Shown: positions 17,633-26,802, numbered from the stretch's first letter. The stretch: DNA of 64,000 bases from Acidobacteriota bacterium (GCA_965248635.1 OZ252114.1:2847814-2911813); one strand, 5' to 3'. Notes: generated by a model from the letters alone, not told the origin. Made by a program: numbers and translations.

Positions 17633-19477
17633 GTGGAACGGGCCGAGGAGAGTGAGATGATGGATTTCCACCCTCTAGTTCAGGAATGGTTTGAAGGCCG
17701 TTTTGAAAATCCCAGCCCGCCACAAAGGAAAGGGTGGCCCGTCATCCAGGAGGGGCACAACGTTCTCATCGCAGCTCCCACTGGATCCGGAAAGACTCTT
17801 TCTGCCTTCTTGTGTGCCATCGATGAGTTGGTCCGTTTGGGTCTGAAGGGCGAGCTGCAGGCGGAAACAAGAATTGTCTATGTGTCTCCGCTGAAAGCCC
17901 TGGCCAATGACATCGGCACCAACCTGCTGGAGCCCCTCGCAGAAATCCAGGCTCTGGCCCGGGAACAGGGACTCGATCTGCCCCGGATCCGCGTGAGCGT
18001 GCGTACGGGAGACACTCCCCAGAGTCAGAGGCGCAAGACGCTGGAGAAACCGCCCCACATCTTTGTTACGAACCCGGAGTCCCTGTTCATTCTGATGACG
18101 ACCCCCCGCGGCCGGAATTTGCTGTCCGAGGCCCGGTCGGTCATTGTCGACGAGATTCATTCCCTGGCCCGGGACAAGCGGGGCTCCCATCTCTCTCTGA
18201 CCCTGGAATTCCTGGAGGAACTGGCAGGCAGGCCGCTCCAGCGAATCGGCCTGTCAGCAACCCAGAAGCCGATTGATCGGATCGCCGAATTTCTTTCCGG
18301 CGGCCGTCCGACTACTGTCATCGACACGGGCCACAGCCGGAAAATGGACATCCGAGTGGATGTGCCTCCGATCGAGCTCGGCGCTGTCGCCACCCACGAA
18401 ATCTGGGAAGAGATTTACGATCATCTCGCCAGGCTCATCGACGCCCACCGAACCACCCTGGTTTTTGTGAACACACGACGCCTGGCCGAAAGACTCTCTC
18501 AGCAGCTCACCGAGCGGTTGGGACCGGACAACGTTGCGGCCCACCATGGGAGCCTTGCCAGGGAAATCCGCCTGGATGCTGAACAGAAGCTGAAGCAGGG
18601 TCGTCTGCGGGTCGTCGTGGCTACCGCTTCGCTGGAGCTGGGAATCGACATTGGTTCGGTAGACCTGGTGTGCCAGATCGGCTCTACGCGTTCGATTGCA
18701 CTGGTCCTGCAACGAGTGGGTCGATCGGGACATCAGCTGGGCGGCCGACCCAAAGGGGTCCTTTTCCCGACCACTCGAGACGATCTGGTCGAGTGCTCGG
18801 CTCTGATTCGATCGATCCGCCGTGGGGAACTGGACCGGATCCGAATTCCGGTGGGGCCGCTCGACATCCTGGCTCAGCTCCTGGTGGCCGCCGCCTCCAA
18901 CCAGGAATGGGAGGAGGGGCGGCTGCTGGAGATTGTCCGCAGGGCTTCGCCTTATCGGGGACTGAGTGAGGGGGACTTCGAGGCGATTCTCTGCATGCTG
19001 TCGGAAGGCATCTCAACTCGCAAAGGGAGAACACGGGCCCTCCTTCACCGCGACCGCATCAATGGCAGGGTCAAGGGTCGGCGAGGGGCTCAGTTGCTGG
19101 CCATCACATCCGGAGGGGCGATTCCCGAGAATGCCAACTATCTGGTGAAGGTGGACCCGGACGAAGCCATCATCGGCAATCTGGATGAAGACTTCGCAGT
19201 GGAGAGCAACCGCGGCGACATCTTCCTGCTGGGGAACACCTCATGGAGGATCCAGAGGGTGGAGGCAGGGGTTGTTCGGGTCCAGGACGCTGGAGGAATG
19301 CCTCCTACGATTCCCTTCTGGCGGGGTGAAGCCCCGGGTCGTACCGACGAACTCAGCAACAGTGTCTCCGAACTCCGGGAGCTGGTAGCCGTCCGCCCGG
19401 CTGCCCGGGCTCAGCAGTATCTTGTGGAGGAATGCGGCTGCTCCGGAGTGCCGCAGAGCAGGTGGTTGCCTACCTGA
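17633..19477 (+). CDS. lhr: Lhr-type DEAD/DEAH-box helicase, N-terminal 614-aa part (ORF broken by a frameshift)
   Basis: Walker A motif APTGSGKTLSAF and DExH motif VIVDEIHSL, with helicase C domain. The tail ...YLVEECG then turns non-homologous (CSGVPQSRWLPT*). Confidence 0.85.
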   Translation: MERAEESEMMDFHPLVQEWFEGRFENPSPPQRKGWPVIQEGHNVLIAAPTGSGKTLSAFLCAIDELVRLGLKGELQAETRIVYVSPLKALANDIGTNLLEPLAEIQALAREQGLDLPRIRVSVRTGDTPQSQRRKTLEKPPHIFVTNPESLFILMTTPRGRNLLSEARSVIVDEIHSLARDKRGSHLSLTLEFLEELAGRPLQRIGLSATQKPIDRIAEFLSGGRPTTVIDTGHSRKMDIRVDVPPIELGAVATHEIWEEIYDHLARLIDAHRTTLVFVNTRRLAERLSQQLTERLGPDNVAAHHGSLAREIRLDAEQKLKQGRLRVVVATASLELGIDIGSVDLVCQIGSTRSIALVLQRVGRSGHQLGGRPKGVLFPTTRDDLVECSALIRSIRRGELDRIRIPVGPLDILAQLLVAAASNQEWEEGRLLEIVRRASPYRGLSEGDFEAILCMLSEGISTRKGRTRALLHRDRINGRVKGRRGAQLLAITSGGAIPENANYLVKVDPDEAIIGNLDEDFAVESNRGDIFLLGNTSWRIQRVEAGVVRVQDAGGMPPTIPFWRGEAPGRTDELSNSVSELRELVAVRPAARAQQYLVEECGCSGVPQSRWLPT

Positions 19478-21909
19478 GGTCGGGGAGTGCCGGTCTGAAG
19501 GCGACTCCCACCAACCGGCGGATCGTGGCTGAGCGCTTCTTCGACGAGGGTGGAGGGATGCAACTGGTTCTGCATGCTCCGCTGGGCAGCCGCATCAACA
19601 GGGCGTGGGGGCGGGCACTTCGAAAGCGCTTCTGCCGGTCTTTCAACTTCGAACTCCAGGCGGCCGCCACCGACAACGGAATCGTGATTTCTCTCAGCGA
19701 CCAGCACAGTTTTCCACTGGACAGCGTCTTCTCGTTTCTTTCTCCCCAGAATGCCCGGGAAGTCCTGGTCCAGGCCCTGCTGGCGGTGCCGCTGTTCGGC
19801 ACACGCTGGCGCTGGACAGCCACCCGCGCGCTGCAGGTCAGGCGCTTTTCCGGTGGCCGCAAGGTCCCTCCTCCCTTGCAGCGGCTGTGGGCTGATGATT
19901 TGCTGGCGGCCGTCTTCCCGGAGCAGGCTGCCTGCCTGGAACACATCCATGGAGACATTGAGCTTCCCGATCATCCGCTGGTCAGGGAAACGGTGGATGA
20001 CTGCCTGACCGAGGCGATGGACACCGAGGGCCTGGAGCGCATTCTCACCGCCATCGAGTCAGGGGAAATTGAGTGCCTGGCCATCGATACCAGGGAACCG
20101 TCCCCGTTGAGCCATGAGATTCTTAACGCCAACCCCTATGCCTTTCTAGACGAAGCCCCCCTGGAGGAAAGGAGAACCCGGGCCGTCATGGCCAGGAGAA
20201 GCCTCCTTCCCGAGCAGGCGGGGGACCTGGCTGCTCTGGACCGGGACGCGATTGAAACGGTTCAGGGAGAGGCCTGGCCGCTGATGCGGGACCGGGATGA
20301 AGTCCACGATGCCCTTTTAACCCTGGCTCTGGTGAGTCGGGAACGGCTCTCGGGGGTCTGGGAAAGTGTTCAGGAACTCATTGCCGACCGGCGGGCGCTG
20401 ATCCTGGAAGTGGGTGATGGACAGGAAATGGTTGCGGCCACCGAACGACTTGGGCTGATTCTGAGTGCCTGCCCGGGCCTTCAGCCGCCGGACATCTGGG
20501 ACGAACCAGCGGTGCAGGAGGCTCAGTGGAATCGGGATCAGGATCTGGACCACCCAACGGCTGTCAGAGAACTGGTTCGCTACTTAATGGAGTGCAGTGG
20601 ACCTCTCACAGAAGCTGTGGTGGGTGATGCTCTGAAGCTATCCGGGAAAGAGGTCCACCAGGCTCTTGTGGCGCTGGAATCCCAGGGACAGGTTCTGCGC
20701 GGTCACTTCACACCCGGACAGGAGCAGCTCGAGTGGTGTGATCGCACACTTCTGGCCAGAATCCATCGTCTCACGCTGGGACGGTTGCGTCGGGAAATTG
20801 AGCCCGTTACGGCGGCTGACTTCATGAGATTCCTTTTCAAGTGGCAAAAGGTGGAATCGGGGACGCGACTCTATGGGCAGGAAGGGGTCAATGCCGTCCT
20901 TGAGCAACTGCAAGGCTTCGAAGCTCCGGCATCCGGGTGGGAGAGCTCTCTGCTCCCGGCCAGAGTTCCTGACTATTCGCCAGAGTTTCTGGATGCTCTG
21001 TGTCTTTCCGGCCACTTCACCTGGGGGCGCCTGCGCCGTCCCGGCTCCGTTCCTTCCCCTGGGCAGCGATCCACCACAACGAGACCCTCAAAAATTGCCC
21101 CGGTAGCTTTTCTGCGACGAAAACATCTGCTGCGTTTTCTGTCCCTTTCCGATCCGAACGGCGAAGGACCTGGCGATACGGTTCTCCTCGATTCGCGACT
21201 GACTCACCCTGCACGCGAGGTGGCCGAGCAACTGCAGAAGTGGGGGGCACTGTTCTTTAACGACCTGGTGAGCCACACAGGCCGCCTCCCGGTTGAAGTC
21301 GAGTCGGGCCTCTGGGAGCTGGTAGCGGCGGGCGTGGTGACGGCGGACGGTTTTTCTACCCTCAGGGCGCTGATTGATCCCAGACAACGGGGAGGCGGAA
21401 ACAAGTTTCCCGCCCGCAAACGCTTGCGTCAGAAAAATCTTTCCAGTGGTCGCTGGACCTTGATCCGGCCACCTCGTCCGGCTCCCGGTCCAGCCGATTC
21501 GGGAGAGGCCCGATCAGACGCCGAACTGGAATGGTTTGCCTGGGTGCTGCTGCAAAGATGGGGTGTTGTGTTCCGCGATATTCTGAAGCGCGAGACCTTT
21601 GCCCCCGCCTGGAGGGATCTGGTGCGGGTCTTTCGGAGACTGGAAGCCCAGGGACGGATTCGAGCAGGCAGGTTTGTGTCCGGGTTTGCAGGGGAGCAGT
21701 TTGGCGCGCCGGAAGCCGTGGACGCACTTCGGGCCGTGCGCCGAGCCTCTGTCCCTGGAGCGGTTGTCCGCATCTCGGCGGCGGATCCCCTGAACCTGGT
21801 GGGAATCGTTACCCCCGGGGACCGGGTACGTCCCCACCCGCGAACATTTCTCTATTACAAGGATGGCCTGCAAGTAGACGCCGCCCATTTCAGCAGGCTC
21901 AAGAGCTGA
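19432..21909 (+). CDS. lhr: Lhr-type helicase, C-terminal 825-aa part (continues the previous ORF in another frame)
   Basis: SAAEQVVAYLRSG...IVAERFFDEGGGMQLVLHAPLGSRINRAWGRALRKRFCRSFNFELQAAATDNGIVISL is the conserved Lhr segment that normally follows directly after the helicase core. It overlaps the first ORF by 46 nt. Confidence 0.85.
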   Translation: MRLLRSAAEQVVAYLRSGSAGLKATPTNRRIVAERFFDEGGGMQLVLHAPLGSRINRAWGRALRKRFCRSFNFELQAAATDNGIVISLSDQHSFPLDSVFSFLSPQNAREVLVQALLAVPLFGTRWRWTATRALQVRRFSGGRKVPPPLQRLWADDLLAAVFPEQAACLEHIHGDIELPDHPLVRETVDDCLTEAMDTEGLERILTAIESGEIECLAIDTREPSPLSHEILNANPYAFLDEAPLEERRTRAVMARRSLLPEQAGDLAALDRDAIETVQGEAWPLMRDRDEVHDALLTLALVSRERLSGVWESVQELIADRRALILEVGDGQEMVAATERLGLILSACPGLQPPDIWDEPAVQEAQWNRDQDLDHPTAVRELVRYLMECSGPLTEAVVGDALKLSGKEVHQALVALESQGQVLRGHFTPGQEQLEWCDRTLLARIHRLTLGRLRREIEPVTAADFMRFLFKWQKVESGTRLYGQEGVNAVLEQLQGFEAPASGWESSLLPARVPDYSPEFLDALCLSGHFTWGRLRRPGSVPSPGQRSTTTRPSKIAPVAFLRRKHLLRFLSLSDPNGEGPGDTVLLDSRLTHPAREVAEQLQKWGALFFNDLVSHTGRLPVEVESGLWELVAAGVVTADGFSTLRALIDPRQRGGGNKFPARKRLRQKNLSSGRWTLIRPPRPAPGPADSGEARSDAELEWFAWVLLQRWGVVFRDILKRETFAPAWRDLVRVFRRLEAQGRIRAGRFVSGFAGEQFGAPEAVDALRAVRRASVPGAVVRISAADPLNLVGIVTPGDRVRPHPRTFLYYKDGLQVDAAHFSRLKS

Positions 21910-22249
21910 TCGACACTTCCTCGGCGGCCGTCTGCAGGAGCTGCCAGGCAGCATCGACGTGCCGCTGGGTGGTGCGAGTCTGACCAATACACATGCGCAG
22001 GACGGTCCGGCCGCCCAGTCGGGTGTGAGTCAGGTACATTTTCCCGGAACCGTTCACCCGTTCCAGCACGCCCCGGGTAGCCTCATCACCCTGCTTGTGT
22101 CGAAAGCAGACCAGGTTGAGGCGGACCGGTGCCGCCAGGTCGAAGTGCTTCGAGGTTTCCACCTGTTCCTGGAAGAGACGGGCCAGGGCGCCGGAGAAGG
22201 CTTGGCTGACATTCGGGAATCCTCCGCGTTCAAAAGCCCAGAGCTGCAC
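21899..22249 (-). pseudogene. C-terminal remnant of a PLP-dependent group-II (aromatic-amino-acid type) decarboxylase
   Basis: 116 aa: LQLWAFERGG...LNLVCFRHKQGDEATRGVLERVNGSGKMYLTHTRLGGRTVLRMCIGQTRTTQRHVDAAW matches only the last quarter of ~470-aa decarboxylases. It is squeezed between, and overlaps, the 3' ends of lhr and ggt. Confidence 0.6.
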
Positions 22250-23945
22250 CGTCTGGGCTTCGGGGATCGGACACGCCCAGGAACCATCCTGTCTCAGGAT
22301 CGATCACAATTCCCATGGCACGACCCTGGGACCGTGATGTGTCGAACGGTTTTACCTTGTGTCCCATCTCTCGCAGCAGGCGCAGGGTGTCAGGAGAAAA
22401 CCCGAAGCGCTCCACTTTCAACTCATCGGGCAACCACTGGTGATGTATTCTGGCGGCGTCGATGGCCTCGGAAATGTCCATTTCAAAGTCGACGACATTC
22501 ACGATCACCTGCGCCACCGTGTTGATGATGCTTTTTCCCCCGGGAGAACCGATCAGCAGAAAGGGACGGTCGTGCTTGAGCACGATCGTAGGTGTCATGG
22601 AAGACAACATCCGCTTGCCTGGAGCCACCAGGTTGGGGGCTGTTCCAATTTGACCTTCCAGGTTGGTTGCCCCGGGCACCGGGTTGAAGTCGCCCATTTC
22701 GTTGTTCAGGAGGAAACCCGTCCCCTCGACCGCGATACGGGAGCCGTAGAGGTCTTCAAGTGTGTACGTGACTACGACGGCATTTCCGAGAGAATCAACA
22801 ACCGAGTAATGAGTGGTCTGCTCTGACTCATAAGCCTGGTTGAAACGATCGGGATCGCTGACCGAGGCACGCCCCAACGCGATCTTGCTGCGCAACCCGG
22901 CAGCATAGTCCCTGGAGAGCAGGCGTTGGATCGGCATCTCGGGATTGAAATCCGGGTCACCCAGGTACCTGGCTCGATCAGCAAACGCCCGCCGCATCGA
23001 CTCAGCCATCAGATGCAGATGCTGAGCTGAGCCTGAGCCGGCCGACGAGAGGTCGAAACCCTCCAGAATGTGGAGCACTTCAATCAGCGCCACACCTCCT
23101 GAACTGGGCGGAGGCATGGAAATGATCCGGTGCCCCCGATAGCTCCCCTCGACTGGCTGGCGCTCTTTCGCTTCGTAGCCGGCCAGATCCTCCAGGGTGA
23201 TGAGTCCTCCGTTGGCGAGCATCTCTCCGGCAACCAGGCGTGCAGTCTTTCCCTTGTAAAAGCCGTCGCGGCCATCTTTCTTGATCCGGCGCAGGGTGCG
23301 GGCCAACTCGGGCTGCTGCCAGAGTTCGCCGGGCAGGTAGGGCTCTCCGTCGGGCTTGAGAAGAGCCTGACGAGATCCCGGGTATTTGCGGAACTCCGGT
23401 GCTTCCTCCTGCAGATCGCCGGCCAGTTTTGCCGTCACCACAAAACCCTGCCTGGCCATCCGCACCGCAGGTTCGATCAGTTCCGCCATGGGGAGCGTGC
23501 CGAAGCGGTGGCGGGCCAGAAAGAATCCCGCCACAGTTCCGGGAACTCCCACGGCAAGGTAGCCTTTGTGGTTGATCTCGCCATCGTAGTTACCGTCCTC
23601 GTCCAGAAACATTCTGGCGTGAGCACCATGGGGGGCCTTCTCTCGAAAGTCGAAGGCAGTGACTTCGCCGTTCGCGCGGTAGACCAGCATGAATCCTCCC
23701 CCTCCGATATTCCCGGCCGAGGGTAGGTTCACGGCCAGTGAAAAGCCTGTAGCAATGGCAGCGTCAATGGCATTCCCGCCCGCCTTGAGTATTTCAACGC
23801 CGACCTGCGAAGAGAGGATGTGGCCAGAAACAACCATCCCGTGCCGGGCTCTTACCGGAGGCTTCGAGGCTCCTCCCTCGAGAGATGAGAGGCACAGGAG
23901 AAGGAGCAGGGGGACCAGCACGTACTTTGTGGAGACCATAGGCAC
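22230..23945 (-). CDS. ggt: gamma-glutamyltranspeptidase
   Basis: 571 aa with a signal peptide. Autoprocessing/nucleophile region SEQTTHYSVVDSLGNAV; C-terminal GVSDPRSPDGAALGF. Confidence 0.92.
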   Translation of the reverse strand: MPMVSTKYVLVPLLLLLCLSSLEGGASKPPVRARHGMVVSGHILSSQVGVEILKAGGNAIDAAIATGFSLAVNLPSAGNIGGGGFMLVYRANGEVTAFDFREKAPHGAHARMFLDEDGNYDGEINHKGYLAVGVPGTVAGFFLARHRFGTLPMAELIEPAVRMARQGFVVTAKLAGDLQEEAPEFRKYPGSRQALLKPDGEPYLPGELWQQPELARTLRRIKKDGRDGFYKGKTARLVAGEMLANGGLITLEDLAGYEAKERQPVEGSYRGHRIISMPPPSSGGVALIEVLHILEGFDLSSAGSGSAQHLHLMAESMRRAFADRARYLGDPDFNPEMPIQRLLSRDYAAGLRSKIALGRASVSDPDRFNQAYESEQTTHYSVVDSLGNAVVVTYTLEDLYGSRIAVEGTGFLLNNEMGDFNPVPGATNLEGQIGTAPNLVAPGKRMLSSMTPTIVLKHDRPFLLIGSPGGKSIINTVAQVIVNVVDFEMDISEAIDAARIHHQWLPDELKVERFGFSPDTLRLLREMGHKVKPFDTSRSQGRAMGIVIDPETGWFLGVSDPRSPDGAALGF

Positions 23946-23961
23946 AAGCTACTCGAAAGCG

Positions 23962-24097
23962 ATTCCAAATTCCAAATTATCGAACTTTCGACTTTCGACT
24001 TTCGACTTTCGACCTGAGACTTTAGACTTGTTCAAAGTCGGGAGCTGTCGGAGGCTCTCGAGTTTGGGTTCTCAGTTCTCAGTCCTTGGTTCTCAGG
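23962..24097. repeat. three short tandem word arrays in the ggt/aqpZ divergent spacer
   Basis: ttccaaat x2 lies at 23962-23978. A (C/A)GACTTT heptamer array lies at 23981-24029, with three perfect cgacttt units at 23989-24009. ttctcag x3 lies at 24069-24096. Confidence 0.9.
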
Positions 24098-24107
24098 AGG
24101 GAAGGTT

Positions 24108-24737
24108 ATGGCAAAGCTGCTGACAGAGTTCATTGGCACATTTTTTTTGGTTCTCACTATCGGATTAACCGTCATGGGGAGTGTGAGCATGGCACCCCTG
24201 GCTATCGGGTGTTCGCTGATGATCATGGTCTACATGGGCGGGCACGTTTCGGGGGGCCATTACAATCCAGCCGTGTCACTTGCAGTTCTGATGCGAGGGA
24301 AGCTGTCCACGTCGGAGATCGTTCCCTATTGGCTGGCCCAGATCGTGGGCGCTGTGGCCGCCAGCCTGGCCGCTTTCTTGATCATGGGAAGCACTTTTGC
24401 ACCGGCTCCGGGCCAGGATGTCAGCGTCGGGTCGGCCGTGCTGGTCGAGATCCTCTACACATTCGCACTCTGCCTGGTGGTGCTCAACTGTGCAACCGCT
24501 AAGGCGACTGAGGGCAATTCCTATTACGGGCTGGCCATCGGGTTCACCATTGTTGTAGCTGCTTTTGCCGGTGGTCCCATCTCGGGAGGAGCTTTCAATC
24601 CTGCAGTGGGAATCGGCCCGGTCCTGGTCAACGCCGCCCTGGCAGGAGGCTCACTGAGCCATCTGCACATTTACATCGCGGGGCCGCTGGTCGGCGGAGT
24701 ACTGGCTGCTCTGGCTTTCAGGGTTCAGCATTCGTGA
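24108..24737 (+). CDS. aqpZ: aquaporin / MIP family channel
   Basis: 209 aa with 6 TM segments and two NPA boxes (SGGHYNPAVS, GGAFNPAVG). GGAGGGA lies upstream of the ATG. Confidence 0.9.
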   Translation: MAKLLTEFIGTFFLVLTIGLTVMGSVSMAPLAIGCSLMIMVYMGGHVSGGHYNPAVSLAVLMRGKLSTSEIVPYWLAQIVGAVAASLAAFLIMGSTFAPAPGQDVSVGSAVLVEILYTFALCLVVLNCATAKATEGNSYYGLAIGFTIVVAAFAGGPISGGAFNPAVGIGPVLVNAALAGGSLSHLHIYIAGPLVGGVLAALAFRVQHS

Positions 24738-24847
24738 TCTGGTAACCTGGCCATCACGAAAAGAATTGTTGAAAAGCAAACTTTCTTCTCTCGGAAGTGA
24801 CACATTTCCAGGTCAATCGCGTACATAGAGGAAAAGGAGAAAGTTTG

Positions 24848-25051
24848 ATGAAAACAACGAAACGGCATCGCGGCATTCTTATTGATCAGATACCAGCCGA
24901 AGGAGCTGGAGGCCTGATTTTTGCACTCGGAACGGTCCTGATCTTCTCGATTGGAGTTCCTGAGATACGGCAGTTCTTACCGGTGGGCCTCGTGGGTGGC
25001 CTTCTGGTCGCGGCCGGGCGCTACTACTGGCACAACCAGACCAACTGGTAA
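24848..25051 (+). CDS. small membrane protein (67 aa), hypothetical
   Basis: ORF 24797..25051. The best start is ATG 24848 (MKTTKRHRG...), preceded by AAGGAGAAAG. Two predicted TM helices. Confidence 0.55.
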   Translation: MKTTKRHRGILIDQIPAEGAGGLIFALGTVLIFSIGVPEIRQFLPVGLVGGLLVAAGRYYWHNQTNW

Positions 25052-25093
25052 GGAGATCAGCCCCACTGGTTCGGGGGATCGTTCTCGCCGATG

Positions 25094-25131
25094 CTAGTGC
25101 AGCTCGTTATAACTGCACTAGTACTAGTACT
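25094..25131. repeat. CTAG-bounded mini-palindrome sharing the IS630 terminus, followed by tandem AGTACT
   Basis: ctagtgcagctcgttataactgcactag (25094-25121) has 9-bp arms. Its first 13 nt are identical to the left end of the IS at 49005-49017. It is followed by agtactagtact (25120-25131). Confidence 0.8.
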
Positions 25132-26681
25132 CAGTCGCCGAACTGGATCCCCTGTGCCAGCGGGAGCTCCCGCGACCAGTTGAGCGTGTTCGTCTGTCGC
25201 CGCATGTAAGCTTTCCAGGCGTCTGATCCTGATTCCCGCCCTCCGCCGGTTTCTTTTTCTCCTCCGAAAGCTCCCCCAATCTCTGCGCCGCTGGTGCCGA
25301 TATTCACGTTGGCAATCCCGCAGTCCGACCCTGCAACCGACAGAAATCTCTCGGCTTCCAGGAAGTTGGTAGTAAAAATGGCACTGGAGAGACCCTGGGG
25401 GACGGCGTTGTGGATCGCAATCGCCTCATCCAGAGTGTCATAGCCCAAAATGTAGAGAATCGGGGCGAAGGTTTCCTCGCAAACCATGGGAGTCTGGCCC
25501 GGCATGACGACGATGGTGGGCTCCACGAAACAGGTCCCCTTTTCCGGGAGGCGGCCACCGCCGGCTACGACTCGAGCACCCTGTTCCCGGGCCTTTTCGA
25601 GAGCCGCCATCATGCCCTCGACGGCAGGCTCGCTTACCAGCGGTCCCATCAGGGTTGAGTCACTCAGGGGGTCCCCGATCTGAACCTGCTCATAGGCCCG
25701 GACGAGCCTGGCCGTCAACTCTTCAACTACCGACCGATGGACAATGATGCGCCGCGTCGAGGTGCATCTCTGGCCCGAGGTGCCAACCGCCCCGAAAAGA
25801 ATAGCCCGGGTTGCCATTTCCAGGTCGCAGTTCTCGGTGACGATAATAGCGTTGTTCCCGCCCAGTTCCAGGAGGGACTTTCCCAGCCTGGACGCCACCC
25901 GCTGAGCCACGTGGCGTCCCATCCTCACCGAGCCGGTAAAACTGACCAGAGGAACTCGTGGATCATTCAGAAGTGCTTCACCCACCGCACTACCGGCGCC
26001 CACGGTCAAGCAGAAGAGTCCCGAGACCCCGTGGTCACCCGATATCCGGTTGCTGATGTGTTGCACCGCCAGAGCGCACAGCGGAGTACTGGAGGAGGGT
26101 TTCCACACCATCGAATCCCCACACACCGCTGCGATGGCAGCATTCCAGGACCAGACCGCCACGGGAAAGTTGAAAGCGGTGATGATGCCGATAGGTCCGA
26201 GCGGATGCCACTGCTCATACATTCGATGCCGGGGCCTTTCCGAGTGCATCGTGAGTCCATAAAGTTGCCGGGAAAGCCCGACGGCAAAGTCGCAGATGTC
26301 AATCATCTCCTGAACTTCACCGATCCCCTCTGCCCGGATCTTGCCCATTTCCAGACTGACCAGCTCCCCGAGAGGTTCCTTGAAACGCCGCAACTCCTGG
26401 GCCAGGTCACGAATAAGCTGGCCCCTTTGCGGGGCTGGGACTTCTCGCCAGGTTGAAAACGCAGAAGCGGCGTCATCAACGATCGCCGAATAGGTAGCTT
26501 CCGTGGCCTGGATCACGCGGGCGATGGGTTCCCCTGTGGTCGGATCGTAGGAAATCAGTTCGATTCCCTGTTCATCTTCGATCCACCCCTTCGGACCGCT
26601 ACAGGCCCCGGAGTTCACAGGTCTGATCCCCAGCTTTTCCAGCAGCGACTTGACCTTGAGCGACTCAGTGATGGGTGTCAT
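25131..26681 (-). CDS. aldehyde dehydrogenase, ALDH7 (piperideine-6-carboxylate / aminoadipate-semialdehyde dehydrogenase) type
   Basis: 516 aa. N-terminal LLEKLGI...NSGACSG..GW is typical of ALDH7. Catalytic Glu ELGGNNA and Cys GQRCTSTRR. Confidence 0.85.
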   Translation of the reverse strand: MTPITESLKVKSLLEKLGIRPVNSGACSGPKGWIEDEQGIELISYDPTTGEPIARVIQATEATYSAIVDDAASAFSTWREVPAPQRGQLIRDLAQELRRFKEPLGELVSLEMGKIRAEGIGEVQEMIDICDFAVGLSRQLYGLTMHSERPRHRMYEQWHPLGPIGIITAFNFPVAVWSWNAAIAAVCGDSMVWKPSSSTPLCALAVQHISNRISGDHGVSGLFCLTVGAGSAVGEALLNDPRVPLVSFTGSVRMGRHVAQRVASRLGKSLLELGGNNAIIVTENCDLEMATRAILFGAVGTSGQRCTSTRRIIVHRSVVEELTARLVRAYEQVQIGDPLSDSTLMGPLVSEPAVEGMMAALEKAREQGARVVAGGGRLPEKGTCFVEPTIVVMPGQTPMVCEETFAPILYILGYDTLDEAIAIHNAVPQGLSSAIFTTNFLEAERFLSVAGSDCGIANVNIGTSGAEIGGAFGGEKETGGGRESGSDAWKAYMRRQTNTLNWSRELPLAQGIQFGD

Positions 26682-26717
26682 ACCCTGAAACTATCACACG
26701 TTAGCCGGCGGGGACAT

Positions 26718-26802
26718 CTTGCCCTTGCCTTTGCCCTGCGTCCCATCAAGAAAGGCCCCCAGGATGTCCATACGGGCACGGGCAAAGGCAAAGGCAAAGG
26801 CG
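26718..26802. repeat. (GGCAAA)x3 hexamer array with an inverted partner 40 nt upstream
   Basis: gcccttgcctttgccc (26721-26736) pairs 15/16 with gggcaaaggcaaaggc (26780-95). ggcaaa x3 lies at 26781-26798. It sits in the divergent ALDH/nhaC spacer. Confidence 0.85.

Noticed and set aside
19432-19477. Programmed ribosomal frameshift in lhr
   Set aside because: No slippery heptamer or downstream pseudoknot-like structure is seen in the 46-nt overlap. An ordinary indel is more likely.
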